Assembly: GCA_032250835.1 (NCBI GenBank)
Contig: JAVVEA010000010.1
Span: forward strand, 59,274 to 123,273
DNA from: a bacterium
GTDB lineage: Bacteria; SAR324; XYD2-FULL-50-16
Direction of reading: 5' to 3'
Length of the DNA stretch: 64,000 nucleotides
The translations under genes were made by a program, and so were the position numbers. Below the pieces are notes generated by a model. That model was not told the DNA's origin and searched no databases. It worked only from the letters and a program-made list of their open reading frames with translations. Each line of letters begins with the position of its first letter. Position 1 is the stretch's first letter. Shown here in pieces: positions 48,346-57,433 of this stretch.

Positions 48346-49544
48346 GTTTCAGTTTGCCGGACCGCCGCCCGTTGGAAGATCACCACCAAATAGGGTACGC
48401 AAAGTAGGCTCAAAACAGCCAACAGCCCGATCAAGGGCATGCCCTCCAGTTTGCCTTGGTGCAGTTCTAATAGTGGACTGCTCCAAAAACCGCCAGCGCC
48501 CATGGCGAGGTGGGACACAATCATGTTCATGCTCATCAAGCGGCCCCGCAAATGGATCGGTAGCAACTCACTTAAATTCAACTGGTGGGCCGGTACGCGC
48601 ATGCTCCCGCCGAACATCATGCCTGCGATCAGGAACCCGAAGGGTGGGGCTTCGAGTAGCTCAAAGCAGGCGAGCCCTAAGAAAAAAGCCATCACCAACG
48701 AGCCCATGGTGATCAAGCCCCGGCGCATCAAGCCGCGCTCAAGTAAAAAGGAGGCCAATCGATTGCCCAAGACCGCGCCAATGCCGCCCTGCATATAGGC
48801 AAACCCGATCCCTTGGGCGCTGTAGTGGTAGTTGGTCGAAAGCCAAACCGCCAAGTTGGGCACCACCCCGAAAAGCCCCAGCATCATCACGAACTGTAAA
48901 TAGAAGGCCCGCCGCACCGGCAGGTGCTTCCAAAGCCCCAAAAGCCCCCCATATTGCTCCGTGACCGTTCCGGTCGCTTCGGTGGGGATTTCTTTTAAGA
49001 ATAAAAAAGCCACAAAGCCCACCAGGGCCCCCAAGGCGATCACCAAAAAGACCCCCTGCCAGCCGAACCAGTCGCCAAAGACCGCGCCAAGAGGCACGCC
49101 CAAGATGCTGGCGGCGGAGAAGGAAAGCGCTAGGTTGGTGATCAGCTTTGCTCTGGCGGGGCCCTTAAAGGCGTCCCCACAATAGGCGAAGCTGTTGGGT
49201 AAGACCGGCCCGCCGAAGACCCCCGAGAGGAAACGGAACAGAAAAATCTGCCAAACCGAGCTAGAAAGGGCCACCCCCACCGATGCCAGAGAAAACCCGG
49301 CCAGCAGCAACAATAAAGTGCGCTTGCGGCCCAGGCGGTCCGAAAAAGGGGCGCTAAAGAAACTAGAGAAGGCCGCGGCGATCGGGTAGGTAGAGAGCAA
49401 AAAGCCGGTGTGGTCTCCGGCCAGCCCCGTGCTGTGGGCGATGTCCATCACCAAAGGAACCATCGCCAAGTAGTCGGTCATCACCAGGAAGTTGAGCAGA
49501 AACAACAGCGTCCCGATAAAGAGCGGACTCCCTTTGGCAGGCAT
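48339..49544 (-). CDS. MFS transporter (DHA1-like)
   Basis: About 12 TMs, motif A SDRLGRKR and FRFLSGVFGG. Confidence 0.9.
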   Translation of the reverse strand: MPAKGSPLFIGTLLFLLNFLVMTDYLAMVPLVMDIAHSTGLAGDHTGFLLSTYPIAAAFSSFFSAPFSDRLGRKRTLLLLLAGFSLASVGVALSSSVWQIFLFRFLSGVFGGPVLPNSFAYCGDAFKGPARAKLITNLALSFSAASILGVPLGAVFGDWFGWQGVFLVIALGALVGFVAFLFLKEIPTEATGTVTEQYGGLLGLWKHLPVRRAFYLQFVMMLGLFGVVPNLAVWLSTNYHYSAQGIGFAYMQGGIGAVLGNRLASFLLERGLMRRGLITMGSLVMAFFLGLACFELLEAPPFGFLIAGMMFGGSMRVPAHQLNLSELLPIHLRGRLMSMNMIVSHLAMGAGGFWSSPLLELHQGKLEGMPLIGLLAVLSLLCVPYLVVIFQRAAVRQTETY

Positions 49545-49569
49545 AGGGCGGATACTTGGAAAAGTGGGC

Positions 49570-49603
49570 AAAAAAAAAGCCGGGCCCAGGTAAGGGCCCG
49601 GCT
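49570..49603 (-). terminator. Rho-independent terminator after tpx
   Basis: AGCCGGGCCC/GGGCCCGGCT stem with a T-run on the minus strand. Confidence 0.8.
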
Positions 49604-49626
49604 AAAAAGCCGAAACTTAGTGGGGA

Positions 49627-50130
49627 TTAACCTTTAGCCGCAGCCAAAGCAGCCTCGTAGTTAGGCTCCTGGGTGATTTCGGGCACCTGTTCGGTGTATT
49701 TGACCACACCATCGGCACCGACCACAACCACCGCGCGAGACAACAGACCAGCCAGGGGGCCATCGGTCATGCGCAGGCCATAAGCCTCGCCAAACCCAAT
49801 CTGGCGCAGTTCGCTTAAGCTGTCTACCTTTTCGATCCCTTCAGCACCGCAGAAGCGGGCGTGGGCAAAGGGCAGGTCACGGGAGATGCACAACACGGCG
49901 GTGTTTTCTAGTTTTGATGCGTCTTGGTTGAAGTGGCGCACGCTAGAAGCGCAAACGCCGGTATCGACGCTGGGGAAGATGTTGAGCACCAGGGTTTTAC
50001 CTGCGTAGCTCGCCAAGCTGACGTCCGACAGGTCGGTTTTGGTCAGTTTGAAGTCCGGGGCTTTGCTGCCTACGGCGGGGAGGTTGCCACTGGTGTTGAC
50101 GGGGTTTCCTTTAAGCGCGATCTGAGCCAT
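49627..50130 (-). CDS. tpx: Thiol peroxidase
   Basis: [27 protein letters not shown] and EPNYEAAL. Confidence 0.97.
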   Translation of the reverse strand: MAQIALKGNPVNTSGNLPAVGSKAPDFKLTKTDLSDVSLASYAGKTLVLNIFPSVDTGVCASSVRHFNQDASKLENTAVLCISRDLPFAHARFCGAEGIEKVDSLSELRQIGFGEAYGLRMTDGPLAGLLSRAVVVVGADGVVKYTEQVPEITQEPNYEAALAAAKG

Positions 50131-50354
50131 CGATTCTCCTAAATGGTTAGTAAACAGGGTGAAAAGCGTGATTCGTTACAGTTTAGAAGGGGCTGGTCCA
50201 AAAAACAACTAAACTTAAATGAACTTTTGATTAAAAAAGCTCAAGCCCCACCTGGAGCTTTGGACTGGCACTTTCACCTAGATTTTCAGCATAGTCCATC
50301 TTTGCTAGACTGTTGGTAAGAGTGGCTACGGCTTGTCGCCAATGAGGTGAAAAA

Positions 50355-50383
50355 TTGACAAGCGCAGGTCTAGAAGATAGCCT
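50355..50383 (+). promoter_or_regulatory. Putative sigma70 promoter
   Basis: TTGACA-N17-TAGCCT upstream of the 50449 gene. Confidence 0.55.
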
Positions 50384-50448
50384 AAAAGGCAGTGAGACCT
50401 GTTACCGTGGGGGTATAACAGGCGGGGGATGTTATTTACCGAGGGGAC

Positions 50449-52218
50449 ATGAAAACTGCCTACTATTGGGCTTTAGCTGCGTTGCTGTTGCCTGAATTGC
50501 TCTGGGCTCAGTCTGCCCAAACCAACCCACCAGCCCAGCCGGAACGGGCGGTCCGTAAAATTTATCAAAGCCCTATGGGCGAAGTTTACATGCACCCGCA
50601 GCAGCCCCTATACCTCTGGGTATCGGGCTCTGAGGGGAGCGAAAAGTTTCCTTTGCAAACCAAGGCGGACTGGGTCGCTAGGGTTAAAGGGCAAGCGCAG
50701 GGCAACAGCCCCTTCCGGTTCCGCGACGGTGAAGGGCGCCACACCTTGGTCCACCCTAACGGCGAGGGACATTTCTGGTCCCAACGCAAAAAGCTAGAGT
50801 CTTTGGGGGATGAAGAAATCTTCTACTTTCACCTAGACGGCCAAGCGCCCCGAAGCTGGCCTGCCTCTAGCGGGGCCCCTAAAGGTAGCGGTCCCTTGGG
50901 GCGGTATTATGGCGGCCCGGTAAAGATCTCTTTAAAAGCCCAAGACCAAGGGGCACCGCCGAAATCTAACTTTTCCGGCCTGCAATCAATTTATTACAGC
51001 CTCGATGGAGCCGCCTTCGAGGTTTACCGAAGCCCGTTGTCCTTTGAGCAAGAGCGAGCCTACCAATTGCGTTATTATGCCGTCGACCAAGTGGGCAACC
51101 AAGAAAAACTCAAAGAATTTAAATTTCATCTCGACCTGAGTCCGCCCCAGTCAAGCATACATTACCACGGGCCCAAGTCCGGTGAATTCCTTTCGGCCGA
51201 GAGCAGCCTAAGTTTTAAAGGGCAAGATTCGGGCGTTGGTCTGGCGGCCATTCATTATGAGTTCAGGGGGCCGCAAAAACTCAGCGGTAAATACGGTTCC
51301 CCGATTTCCTTAAAGAAGCTCAAAGAAGGCCGCTATGAGGTCTCTTATGAGGCGGTGGATAAGGTGCGAAACCGCCAAACTCCGGCGCAGGCGAGTTTTG
51401 TGCTCGACCAAAGCGCGCCTCGGTTGCGGCTAAATGCCGAAGGTGACGGCTACCGGAAGTCGGGTATGCTTTACGTAAGCCAGCGTAGTAAGTTGGCGTT
51501 GCAAGCCCAAGACGCTGGGGCGGGGGTGGATTGGGTGAAGTATAAATTCGGCAAATCAACCCAGACCTACCAATCCCCCTTTGAGGTACCTAAGGCCAGC
51601 GGGGAATACCTGTATAAAGCCTGGGCCCGCGACAAGGTGGGCAATCAGACCCGCTTGATGAGCTTCAAGGTCGTCCAAGACCCGCATCCGCCAACGAGCC
51701 GTTATCAGTTTAAGGGCAACCACTATATTGACACCAAGGGGCGCTTCCTTTCGCCTAAAGGACAAATCATCTTAAGTGCCTCCGACAAAGCCTCGGGTGT
51801 GGCGACTAAGTTCTATGGGGTCGACGGTGCGGCTCCGGCCGCCTATCGCCAGCCCATTGGCGGATTCAGCGGGGGCCAGCATGAATTGGTGTTTTATGCG
51901 ACCGACCAAGTAGCCAACCAGGAGCGGCAGCAGCGGCTGACTTTCTTTGTAGACGACCAACCGCCGGAGGTGGCCACCCGCTTTTCTACTGGCAGTATGG
52001 GAGAATCAACCTATCCCCAGGGATCTCTGTTGTTCTTGATGGGCACCGATAAGGCCAGTGGCTTAGCCAAGATCCGCTACCGCCTCAACGGGGGGCAGGA
52101 AGTGGTCTATGACCAGCCCCTACGTCTTGACCGGCCGGGGCGCTACGACTTGGAGGTCTGGGCCAGTGACCGGGTCGGCAATCAGGCCAAAATCCGCACT
52201 GCCTATCAGGTTCGGTGA
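50449..52218 (+). CDS. Secreted protein with about five OmpL47-type Ig-like repeats
   Basis: Signal peptide and the repeated unit D..SG...I.Y..DG.....Y..P.......Y.A.D.VGN. Confidence 0.8.
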   Translation: MKTAYYWALAALLLPELLWAQSAQTNPPAQPERAVRKIYQSPMGEVYMHPQQPLYLWVSGSEGSEKFPLQTKADWVARVKGQAQGNSPFRFRDGEGRHTLVHPNGEGHFWSQRKKLESLGDEEIFYFHLDGQAPRSWPASSGAPKGSGPLGRYYGGPVKISLKAQDQGAPPKSNFSGLQSIYYSLDGAAFEVYRSPLSFEQERAYQLRYYAVDQVGNQEKLKEFKFHLDLSPPQSSIHYHGPKSGEFLSAESSLSFKGQDSGVGLAAIHYEFRGPQKLSGKYGSPISLKKLKEGRYEVSYEAVDKVRNRQTPAQASFVLDQSAPRLRLNAEGDGYRKSGMLYVSQRSKLALQAQDAGAGVDWVKYKFGKSTQTYQSPFEVPKASGEYLYKAWARDKVGNQTRLMSFKVVQDPHPPTSRYQFKGNHYIDTKGRFLSPKGQIILSASDKASGVATKFYGVDGAAPAAYRQPIGGFSGGQHELVFYATDQVANQERQQRLTFFVDDQPPEVATRFSTGSMGESTYPQGSLLFLMGTDKASGLAKIRYRLNGGQEVVYDQPLRLDRPGRYDLEVWASDRVGNQAKIRTAYQVR

Positions 52219-52922
52219 TGTTATGGCGCGCTCTGGTTTTGGGTTGGGCCCTGCTGTTTACCGGGGCCGGGGCGGTGTTGGGCTTTGCCCCTCCGGATTT
52301 AGAGAAATTTAATTCCGGTGCTGCTTGCGTGGGTTGCGACTTAAGTACCCTGACCCTCAAGGGGGACCGCCGCGAAGGTCTTGATTTGAGCGGTGCTAGA
52401 CTCTGGCGGGCGCACTTAGAGGAAGTCCAGTGGCCTAGGGTTAATCTGCGCGGTGCGGACCTAGAGGAGTCCTTCTGCAACGATTCTAATTTTAAGCAAG
52501 GCAACTTCCGCGCAGCCCGCCTGTACCGCGCCTATTTTAAGCGGGCCGATCTGAGTGACGCGGACATGGCTTGGGTACAGGCCGAAAAGCTCTGGGCCGA
52601 TGGGGCCCGGCTGGTTGGCGCGGACCTGACCGAGGCGTTGTTGTATAAAGCGAGTTTTAATGGCGCAGACCTGCGGGAGGCCAATTTAAAGGGCGCTCTT
52701 TTAGTGGATTCCGATTTGCGGGGTGCGGACCTGCGGGGTGCCGATCTGCGCGGGGCAATGTTGGTCGATGCGCAGTTAGATGGAGCCCAGTTGGAAGGGG
52801 CCCAATTGGAGGGCGCTAGTTGGATTAACGGCTATATCTGCGCCAGCGGATCCTTGGGCCAATGTATTCAGGACCGGGTCGAGCTGCCGCCGCCTCGCTT
52901 AAAAGAGAAAGCCCACCCGTAA
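52218..52922 (+). CDS. Secreted pentapeptide-repeat protein
   Basis: Signal peptide, CVGCDLS cap, A(D/N)LXX repeats and a C-terminal W..G..C....G.C. Confidence 0.9.
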   Translation: MLWRALVLGWALLFTGAGAVLGFAPPDLEKFNSGAACVGCDLSTLTLKGDRREGLDLSGARLWRAHLEEVQWPRVNLRGADLEESFCNDSNFKQGNFRAARLYRAYFKRADLSDADMAWVQAEKLWADGARLVGADLTEALLYKASFNGADLREANLKGALLVDSDLRGADLRGADLRGAMLVDAQLDGAQLEGAQLEGASWINGYICASGSLGQCIQDRVELPPPRLKEKAHP

Positions 52923-53621
52923 GACCCCTTCGCCGAAGTTGGTGCTACGTTGGTTCCGGTTGCCCGTGGCTCCTTCGATGCGGGCACAGGCCAAGTCACC
53001 GATGGCCGCCGCGTTGCAGCTTAAGATTTTTAGTTCCGGCGCTTCAAAGCCCCGAGCCAGTATAGAGATGTAAAGCCAGTCTAGGTCGGCGGTAAAGCCC
53101 GCCTGCCAATACATTTGATTGCCCGGCACATAGGTCGCCTCGACCAACTCGACCCCTTGAGAACTCAAGGTCACGTTACCTTGGGCGCTCTGGAACAGCC
53201 GCCCGCCACCGATTAAGAAATGGTCGAAGTAGATGGTCGCGCCTAGGTAGGGATTTTGGAACTTCATGTCGAAGTTATAGGTCACGTTGGTGGAGCTGGA
53301 TAGGGCCTCATAGCCGCTGCCTGATTGGGGCTCAAAGCCGACTTCTACCCCGTCTTCCACCGAACCTAGGTATTGGGTCGCCGAGTTGCCCATATCCAAA
53401 GCTAAGGAAATCTTGTCGCCCCGCTTGATCACCAAGGCTAAACCGAAGCCGTTGCCGTCACGGTCGCGGATCACCTCACCGCTGCCCAGTTCAAAGTCCG
53501 ATAGGGGCAACTGATTGGCGACTTCATATAGGTAATAAAGCCGGGATCGGTCACGGGCGTCTTCGGCGAAGGCAGCACCGCTGCCCAGAAGAGCCAACAG
53601 CAGACAAAGAATTTTTTTCAT
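52899..53621 (-). CDS. Putative outer-membrane beta-barrel protein (paralog B)
   Basis: Signal peptide, alternating beta-strands and C-terminal RVGFLF. Confidence 0.75.
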   Translation of the reverse strand: MKKILCLLLALLGSGAAFAEDARDRSRLYYLYEVANQLPLSDFELGSGEVIRDRDGNGFGLALVIKRGDKISLALDMGNSATQYLGSVEDGVEVGFEPQSGSGYEALSSSTNVTYNFDMKFQNPYLGATIYFDHFLIGGGRLFQSAQGNVTLSSQGVELVEATYVPGNQMYWQAGFTADLDWLYISILARGFEAPELKILSCNAAAIGDLACARIEGATGNRNQRSTNFGEGVLRVGFLF

Positions 53622-53630
53622 GAGTTCACC

Positions 53631-54410
53631 TTAAAAGAAAACGCCTACCTTAAAGACTCCGCCCGCAAAGGCTTGGCCCGAAAGGTTGCGGTTGCCCGTA
53701 GCCGCTTCGATCCGTTGGCAAGCCGTCTCGCCTACTGCTTCGCGGTTACAGGTATCGATTTGTAAGATCGGGCTGGTTACCAGCCTCAAGCCTAGGTCGA
53801 AAAACAAAAAGTCGTAGTTAAAGCTCCAGCCAAAACTAACATACCGCTGGATTCCTGATTGGTAGTGGGCCGTGGCGATTTCAGTGCCGTCGATCCCTTG
53901 GATGGAGACCTGTCCGCCGGTGGTTTGCTGGATCACCCCTAAGCCAAAGGTAGCAAAGCCAAAGCCCGCGCCCCGCATCTGTGCAGCAGCCCAGTCGTAG
54001 TTGGTGTAAGCAAGACCCACAAAGTGGTTGATAAACTCTAAATCCACCTCGTAGAAGATGTTGTTGCTTTGGCTTAAGGCGTCAAACCCGGCCCCGGCCT
54101 GGGGCGAGAAATCAACCGACACGCCGTCTTCGATGCGGCCCTTGTAGTGGGTGCTTGAGCTGCCTGCTTCGAGGTTCCAGAAGCTCTTAGAATCGTTGCT
54201 GGGCACATAGCCGAGGGCGAAGCCGTGGCCCTGGTAGTCACGGATGCGCTCCGTTGAGCCTAGTTGGAAATCCGAAAGGTACAGTTCATTAGAGACCTCG
54301 CGGAGGTAGTCAATATGCAGGCCGCCTTGCTGGGCCCAGGCCGGTCGAGCGCTGAATAGGGCCAAAAGCAGCCAAGAGCATAAAATGGTCCCGCGCAGTT
54401 TGGGAGCCAT
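53631..54410 (-). CDS. Putative outer-membrane beta-barrel protein (paralog A)
   Basis: Signal peptide and C-terminal KVGVFF. Clear similarity to 52899-53621. Confidence 0.75.
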   Translation of the reverse strand: MAPKLRGTILCSWLLLALFSARPAWAQQGGLHIDYLREVSNELYLSDFQLGSTERIRDYQGHGFALGYVPSNDSKSFWNLEAGSSSTHYKGRIEDGVSVDFSPQAGAGFDALSQSNNIFYEVDLEFINHFVGLAYTNYDWAAAQMRGAGFGFATFGLGVIQQTTGGQVSIQGIDGTEIATAHYQSGIQRYVSFGWSFNYDFLFFDLGLRLVTSPILQIDTCNREAVGETACQRIEAATGNRNLSGQAFAGGVFKVGVFF

Positions 54411-54419
54411 AGAGTTCCT

Positions 54420-54683
54420 TCAATAACCTGCTTTACGGCAGAGACTTTCGATTTGCTTGGACGACAGCTCGCCGATGGCACTGGCGTCGATGCCTTCTAC
54501 CCAATCGTTTAGCGGTGTGTTGCCGTAAAGCAAACCATAGTTCACCGCACCCACCCCGACCACCGCCAAGAGCAACCAAAGCAAAAAACCGCGTTTGATT
54601 AGTTGGTAAGCTGCGGCCAATAAAGCGATGGTGCCCAAGCCTAAGGCGGCGTAGGCGATCCAAAGGGTATCGAAATCATTCAT
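54420..54683 (-). CDS. Small two-TM membrane protein
   Basis: 87 aa with two hydrophobic helices. Overlaps the upstream gene by 8 nt. Confidence 0.7.
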   Translation of the reverse strand: MNDFDTLWIAYAALGLGTIALLAAAYQLIKRGFLLWLLLAVVGVGAVNYGLLYGNTPLNDWVEGIDASAIGELSSKQIESLCRKAGY

Positions 54684-55503
54684 CGAGTTTCTTTAGGTCT
54701 TCGGTTTTGTAATATTTCTTTAAATGTTCTTGGAGGTCCTTGTGGCTTTCGTCTTCTTCTCCGGTGCGGTGCAGCTTATCGAAGTAATAACCTAGGGCCA
54801 CGCGTTCTTCAACGCTCAAGGTACGCACATGGATGCCGAAGCTTTCTTTTAACAGCAAGATCAATTCGCCGGTGGGCCGCCCGGTATAAATGGTGCGGCG
54901 ACGCTTCATGGGCTTGGCTTCTTTAACGGGCTCTTTTTCGGCCTTTTTTAAGATCTTTTCGCAATGTTCTTTGTTGTGCAGCACCTTGCTGATGATGAAC
55001 ATGGCTTGGTTTTGGTGCTCTACTTCGGCCTGACCGTCGATGATGATGAAGGCTTTGCGGTAGACGGGATCGGAGCTGAGCAGGTTCCAAAGGGGGCGTT
55101 GGTAAATCTGGATCACGCTGGTCCCTTTAGGGAGTTCTTTCCATTGGGTTTTAAAGTGCCAGATGTCTTTGTTGCCGCCGACCATCATCTTTTGTTTGAT
55201 GCGCCCGTCCAATTCGCCGAAGGTGGCCATGCGCATTTTTAAGATGATTTCTAGTTCCTCAGGGATGTCTTTGCGGCCCCGGTGTATATCAATCTTCTTC
55301 TTTTGGATCAGCGTAAAGGCTCCACCCTTGGTATTGCTAGCGATAGCTACATAATACCACTTTTGCACCAGAAGATAATGCAGCGCGTCGAGCGTCGTCT
55401 CCCAATCACGCGAGCTTTCCAACTCGTGGTCAAAGGCTTGGCCCTCACTGGGGTTGTCCAGGTGAGTGATGCGCGGTTTGTTCAGGTTGATCTGTTCGGC
55501 CAC
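54676..55503 (-). CDS. Hypothetical soluble protein
   Basis: 275-aa ORF with host-like codon usage. Confidence 0.75.
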   Translation of the reverse strand: MAEQINLNKPRITHLDNPSEGQAFDHELESSRDWETTLDALHYLLVQKWYYVAIASNTKGGAFTLIQKKKIDIHRGRKDIPEELEIILKMRMATFGELDGRIKQKMMVGGNKDIWHFKTQWKELPKGTSVIQIYQRPLWNLLSSDPVYRKAFIIIDGQAEVEHQNQAMFIISKVLHNKEHCEKILKKAEKEPVKEAKPMKRRRTIYTGRPTGELILLLKESFGIHVRTLSVEERVALGYYFDKLHRTGEEDESHKDLQEHLKKYYKTEDLKKLDE

Positions 55504-55604
55504 AGAATCCGTCTAGTGAAAAATGGGTTATGGTCTTCGTCTCTAATCAGCTTACCCGGTACGGCCCCGTTGGGGCAAGCACCTTAAGCTGTCTTGAGGA
55601 GGAC

Positions 55605-56936
55605 TCAGCCAGCCGAACTGATCAGGCCCCGGCGTGCTCTAGACACATGCCAGGACATCCCTTCGATAAACTCCCTCAGGTCTTTACGGCTGATCAGCAA
55701 CTCACGCCGCTTTGGGATCAGCGAAAAGACATAGGTCACAAATTCTTGCATCAACGCCAGTTCGTGGGGGTTAGAAACCTCTTTGATCTGCCGCTGGATA
55801 AAGCCAGAGAGCTGTTCCCGGCTGCATTTTTGTAACACCGGAGCCAGCAAGCCTACCTGGGCCTCTAGCTCGTCGGTCATATCGCTAGGGTAAAAGCGCT
55901 TCATTAGTTTTTGGTTGAATAAAAACCGTCCCGCGATAGCTAACAGGCCTAAGCCTATCATCTCCTCAAGTCCCAGCGTAACTAAATCCATCATCGATGC
56001 GCCGATCAGGCTCACCGCCAAGATCATGGGCACCAACTGGAAGGTGACCCGGCGTTTTTCGGCTTCTACATAGCGGTTGTTGTACAGCTTGGCGTCTTTA
56101 TAGAGGGTCAGACCTTGGCGGAAAGGCTTGGCGGCGTAGACCAATTCCTCGGCACTGGCTTGTTTTTCCTGTAAGGCCTTTTCTAGACTCCGCTTCTTGT
56201 CGATGCTGTCTTTGTTGATCAAGTCCTGGATCACATAACGCCGGGTGCTGCGCAGGCGGTCGGACAAGATCTGGATAAATTCGTTGGGATTGTCGGGGTT
56301 GAGGGTGCGCGCACGGAAGACGGCCCGTTCCTCGATGAAGTCGGCTAAGTCGTCGTAAAGGTGCTTGGGGTTCGCCGGGGCGGAGAACTCTTTGGCCGCT
56401 GCGGAACGCGGGTTTTTTAGGGCCTCGCGTCGGCGGCGTTCTAGGTCGTTCTCATAGCGGATACAGAAGCTATAAAGCTCACTAACCAGGTCGTAGTTGT
56501 CTGAGCCCACCTTCATCAGTTGGATGAAGCTTTCGCCTAAGGTGTGGGCATAGGCGCTGAAGATCTTGCCTGAGTCTGGGTGGCGGTAGCTGGGCATATC
56601 GCCCATGCGGTGCCCGGCGACCATCATTTCGATGATCTGCTGCCAAAATTCCTTAAAGTCCGGGTTGGAGTCTTCCCAATAGATACTGCCCATCGCCGAG
56701 GCGGCGTAGGTCTCCGTTTCCTCATCGTCAAGCAGCGTTTGCAGCATGCTTTGGAAGTACTTTACCTTGTCTTTGGCGTAGAGCTTTTCATGCAGCAACG
56801 CGGCGATCTGGGTGTAGGCCTTATCGGTCTCCATTTCGCGCTGGCTGATGAAGACAATTTTTTGGGCTAGTTTCTTGGCAATGCTCTTGACTGCCGCCGT
56901 TTCAGCTGGGGCGGGTTCTTCACGTCGCATGTTCAT
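55605..56936 (-). CDS. Hypothetical helical protein with two TM segments
   Basis: About 443 aa from ATG 56936, with a hydrophobic hairpin near the C-terminal third. Confidence 0.78.
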   Translation of the reverse strand: MNMRREEPAPAETAAVKSIAKKLAQKIVFISQREMETDKAYTQIAALLHEKLYAKDKVKYFQSMLQTLLDDEETETYAASAMGSIYWEDSNPDFKEFWQQIIEMMVAGHRMGDMPSYRHPDSGKIFSAYAHTLGESFIQLMKVGSDNYDLVSELYSFCIRYENDLERRRREALKNPRSAAAKEFSAPANPKHLYDDLADFIEERAVFRARTLNPDNPNEFIQILSDRLRSTRRYVIQDLINKDSIDKKRSLEKALQEKQASAEELVYAAKPFRQGLTLYKDAKLYNNRYVEAEKRRVTFQLVPMILAVSLIGASMMDLVTLGLEEMIGLGLLAIAGRFLFNQKLMKRFYPSDMTDELEAQVGLLAPVLQKCSREQLSGFIQRQIKEVSNPHELALMQEFVTYVFSLIPKRRELLISRKDLREFIEGMSWHVSRARRGLISSAG

Positions 56937-57022
56937 GGGCCTTTTCTCAGGTAACTTGGGGTTGTGGCTTTGAGCCGCGGAGTCCTGAGAAGATAGATGC
57001 AACGAGAATGCCCAGCAGCCCC

Positions 57023-57304
57023 CTAACCCCGCTTCTTACCCACCTCCTCAATGGTGGATTTAAGGCAACGCTCCAGCTGGTCTTTGTTGATGGCGCTGCC
57101 CTCTTTGGCGCGTAGGGTTAGCGTCATATCGGCCGGATTGACCTCGACATCCAGAGCGTCCAATTTTTTGTATTCCTTGGTGGGGCATTTGCAGTGGCCT
57201 GACTGGCAGCCTTCAAAGGTTTTTAAGAGGCGGTCTTGCTCGCCTTGTAGTTGGTCTATATGGATGGTCAATTGACGACCGATTTCGGTGATTTCGTAGC
57301 GCAT
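57023..57304 (-). CDS. Small protein with a CxxGxCxCP motif
   Basis: RBS GGAGG before ATG 57304. Contains CQSGHCKCPT plus a fourth Cys. Confidence 0.75.
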   Translation of the reverse strand: MRYEITEIGRQLTIHIDQLQGEQDRLLKTFEGCQSGHCKCPTKEYKKLDALDVEVNPADMTLTLRAKEGSAINKDQLERCLKSTIEEVGKKRG

Positions 57305-57372
57305 GGGGCCTCCTGGGGCATGGGGTTGGCTCAGCTTCCCAGATTTTTTAGGTCGCCGCAAGCCGCCAAATC

Positions 57373-57401
57373 TTGACCGCTAGGCGGTGGCGATTTAGGA
57401 T
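57373..57401 (+). promoter_or_regulatory. Putative sigma70 promoter overlapped by an inverted repeat
   Basis: TTGACC-N17-TAGGAT, with the dyad AAATC...ACCGC-TAG-GCGGT...GATTT across the spacer. Confidence 0.5.
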
Positions 57402-57433
57402 AGTAGTAAACCTATTTACTTTGGAGCCCCGCC

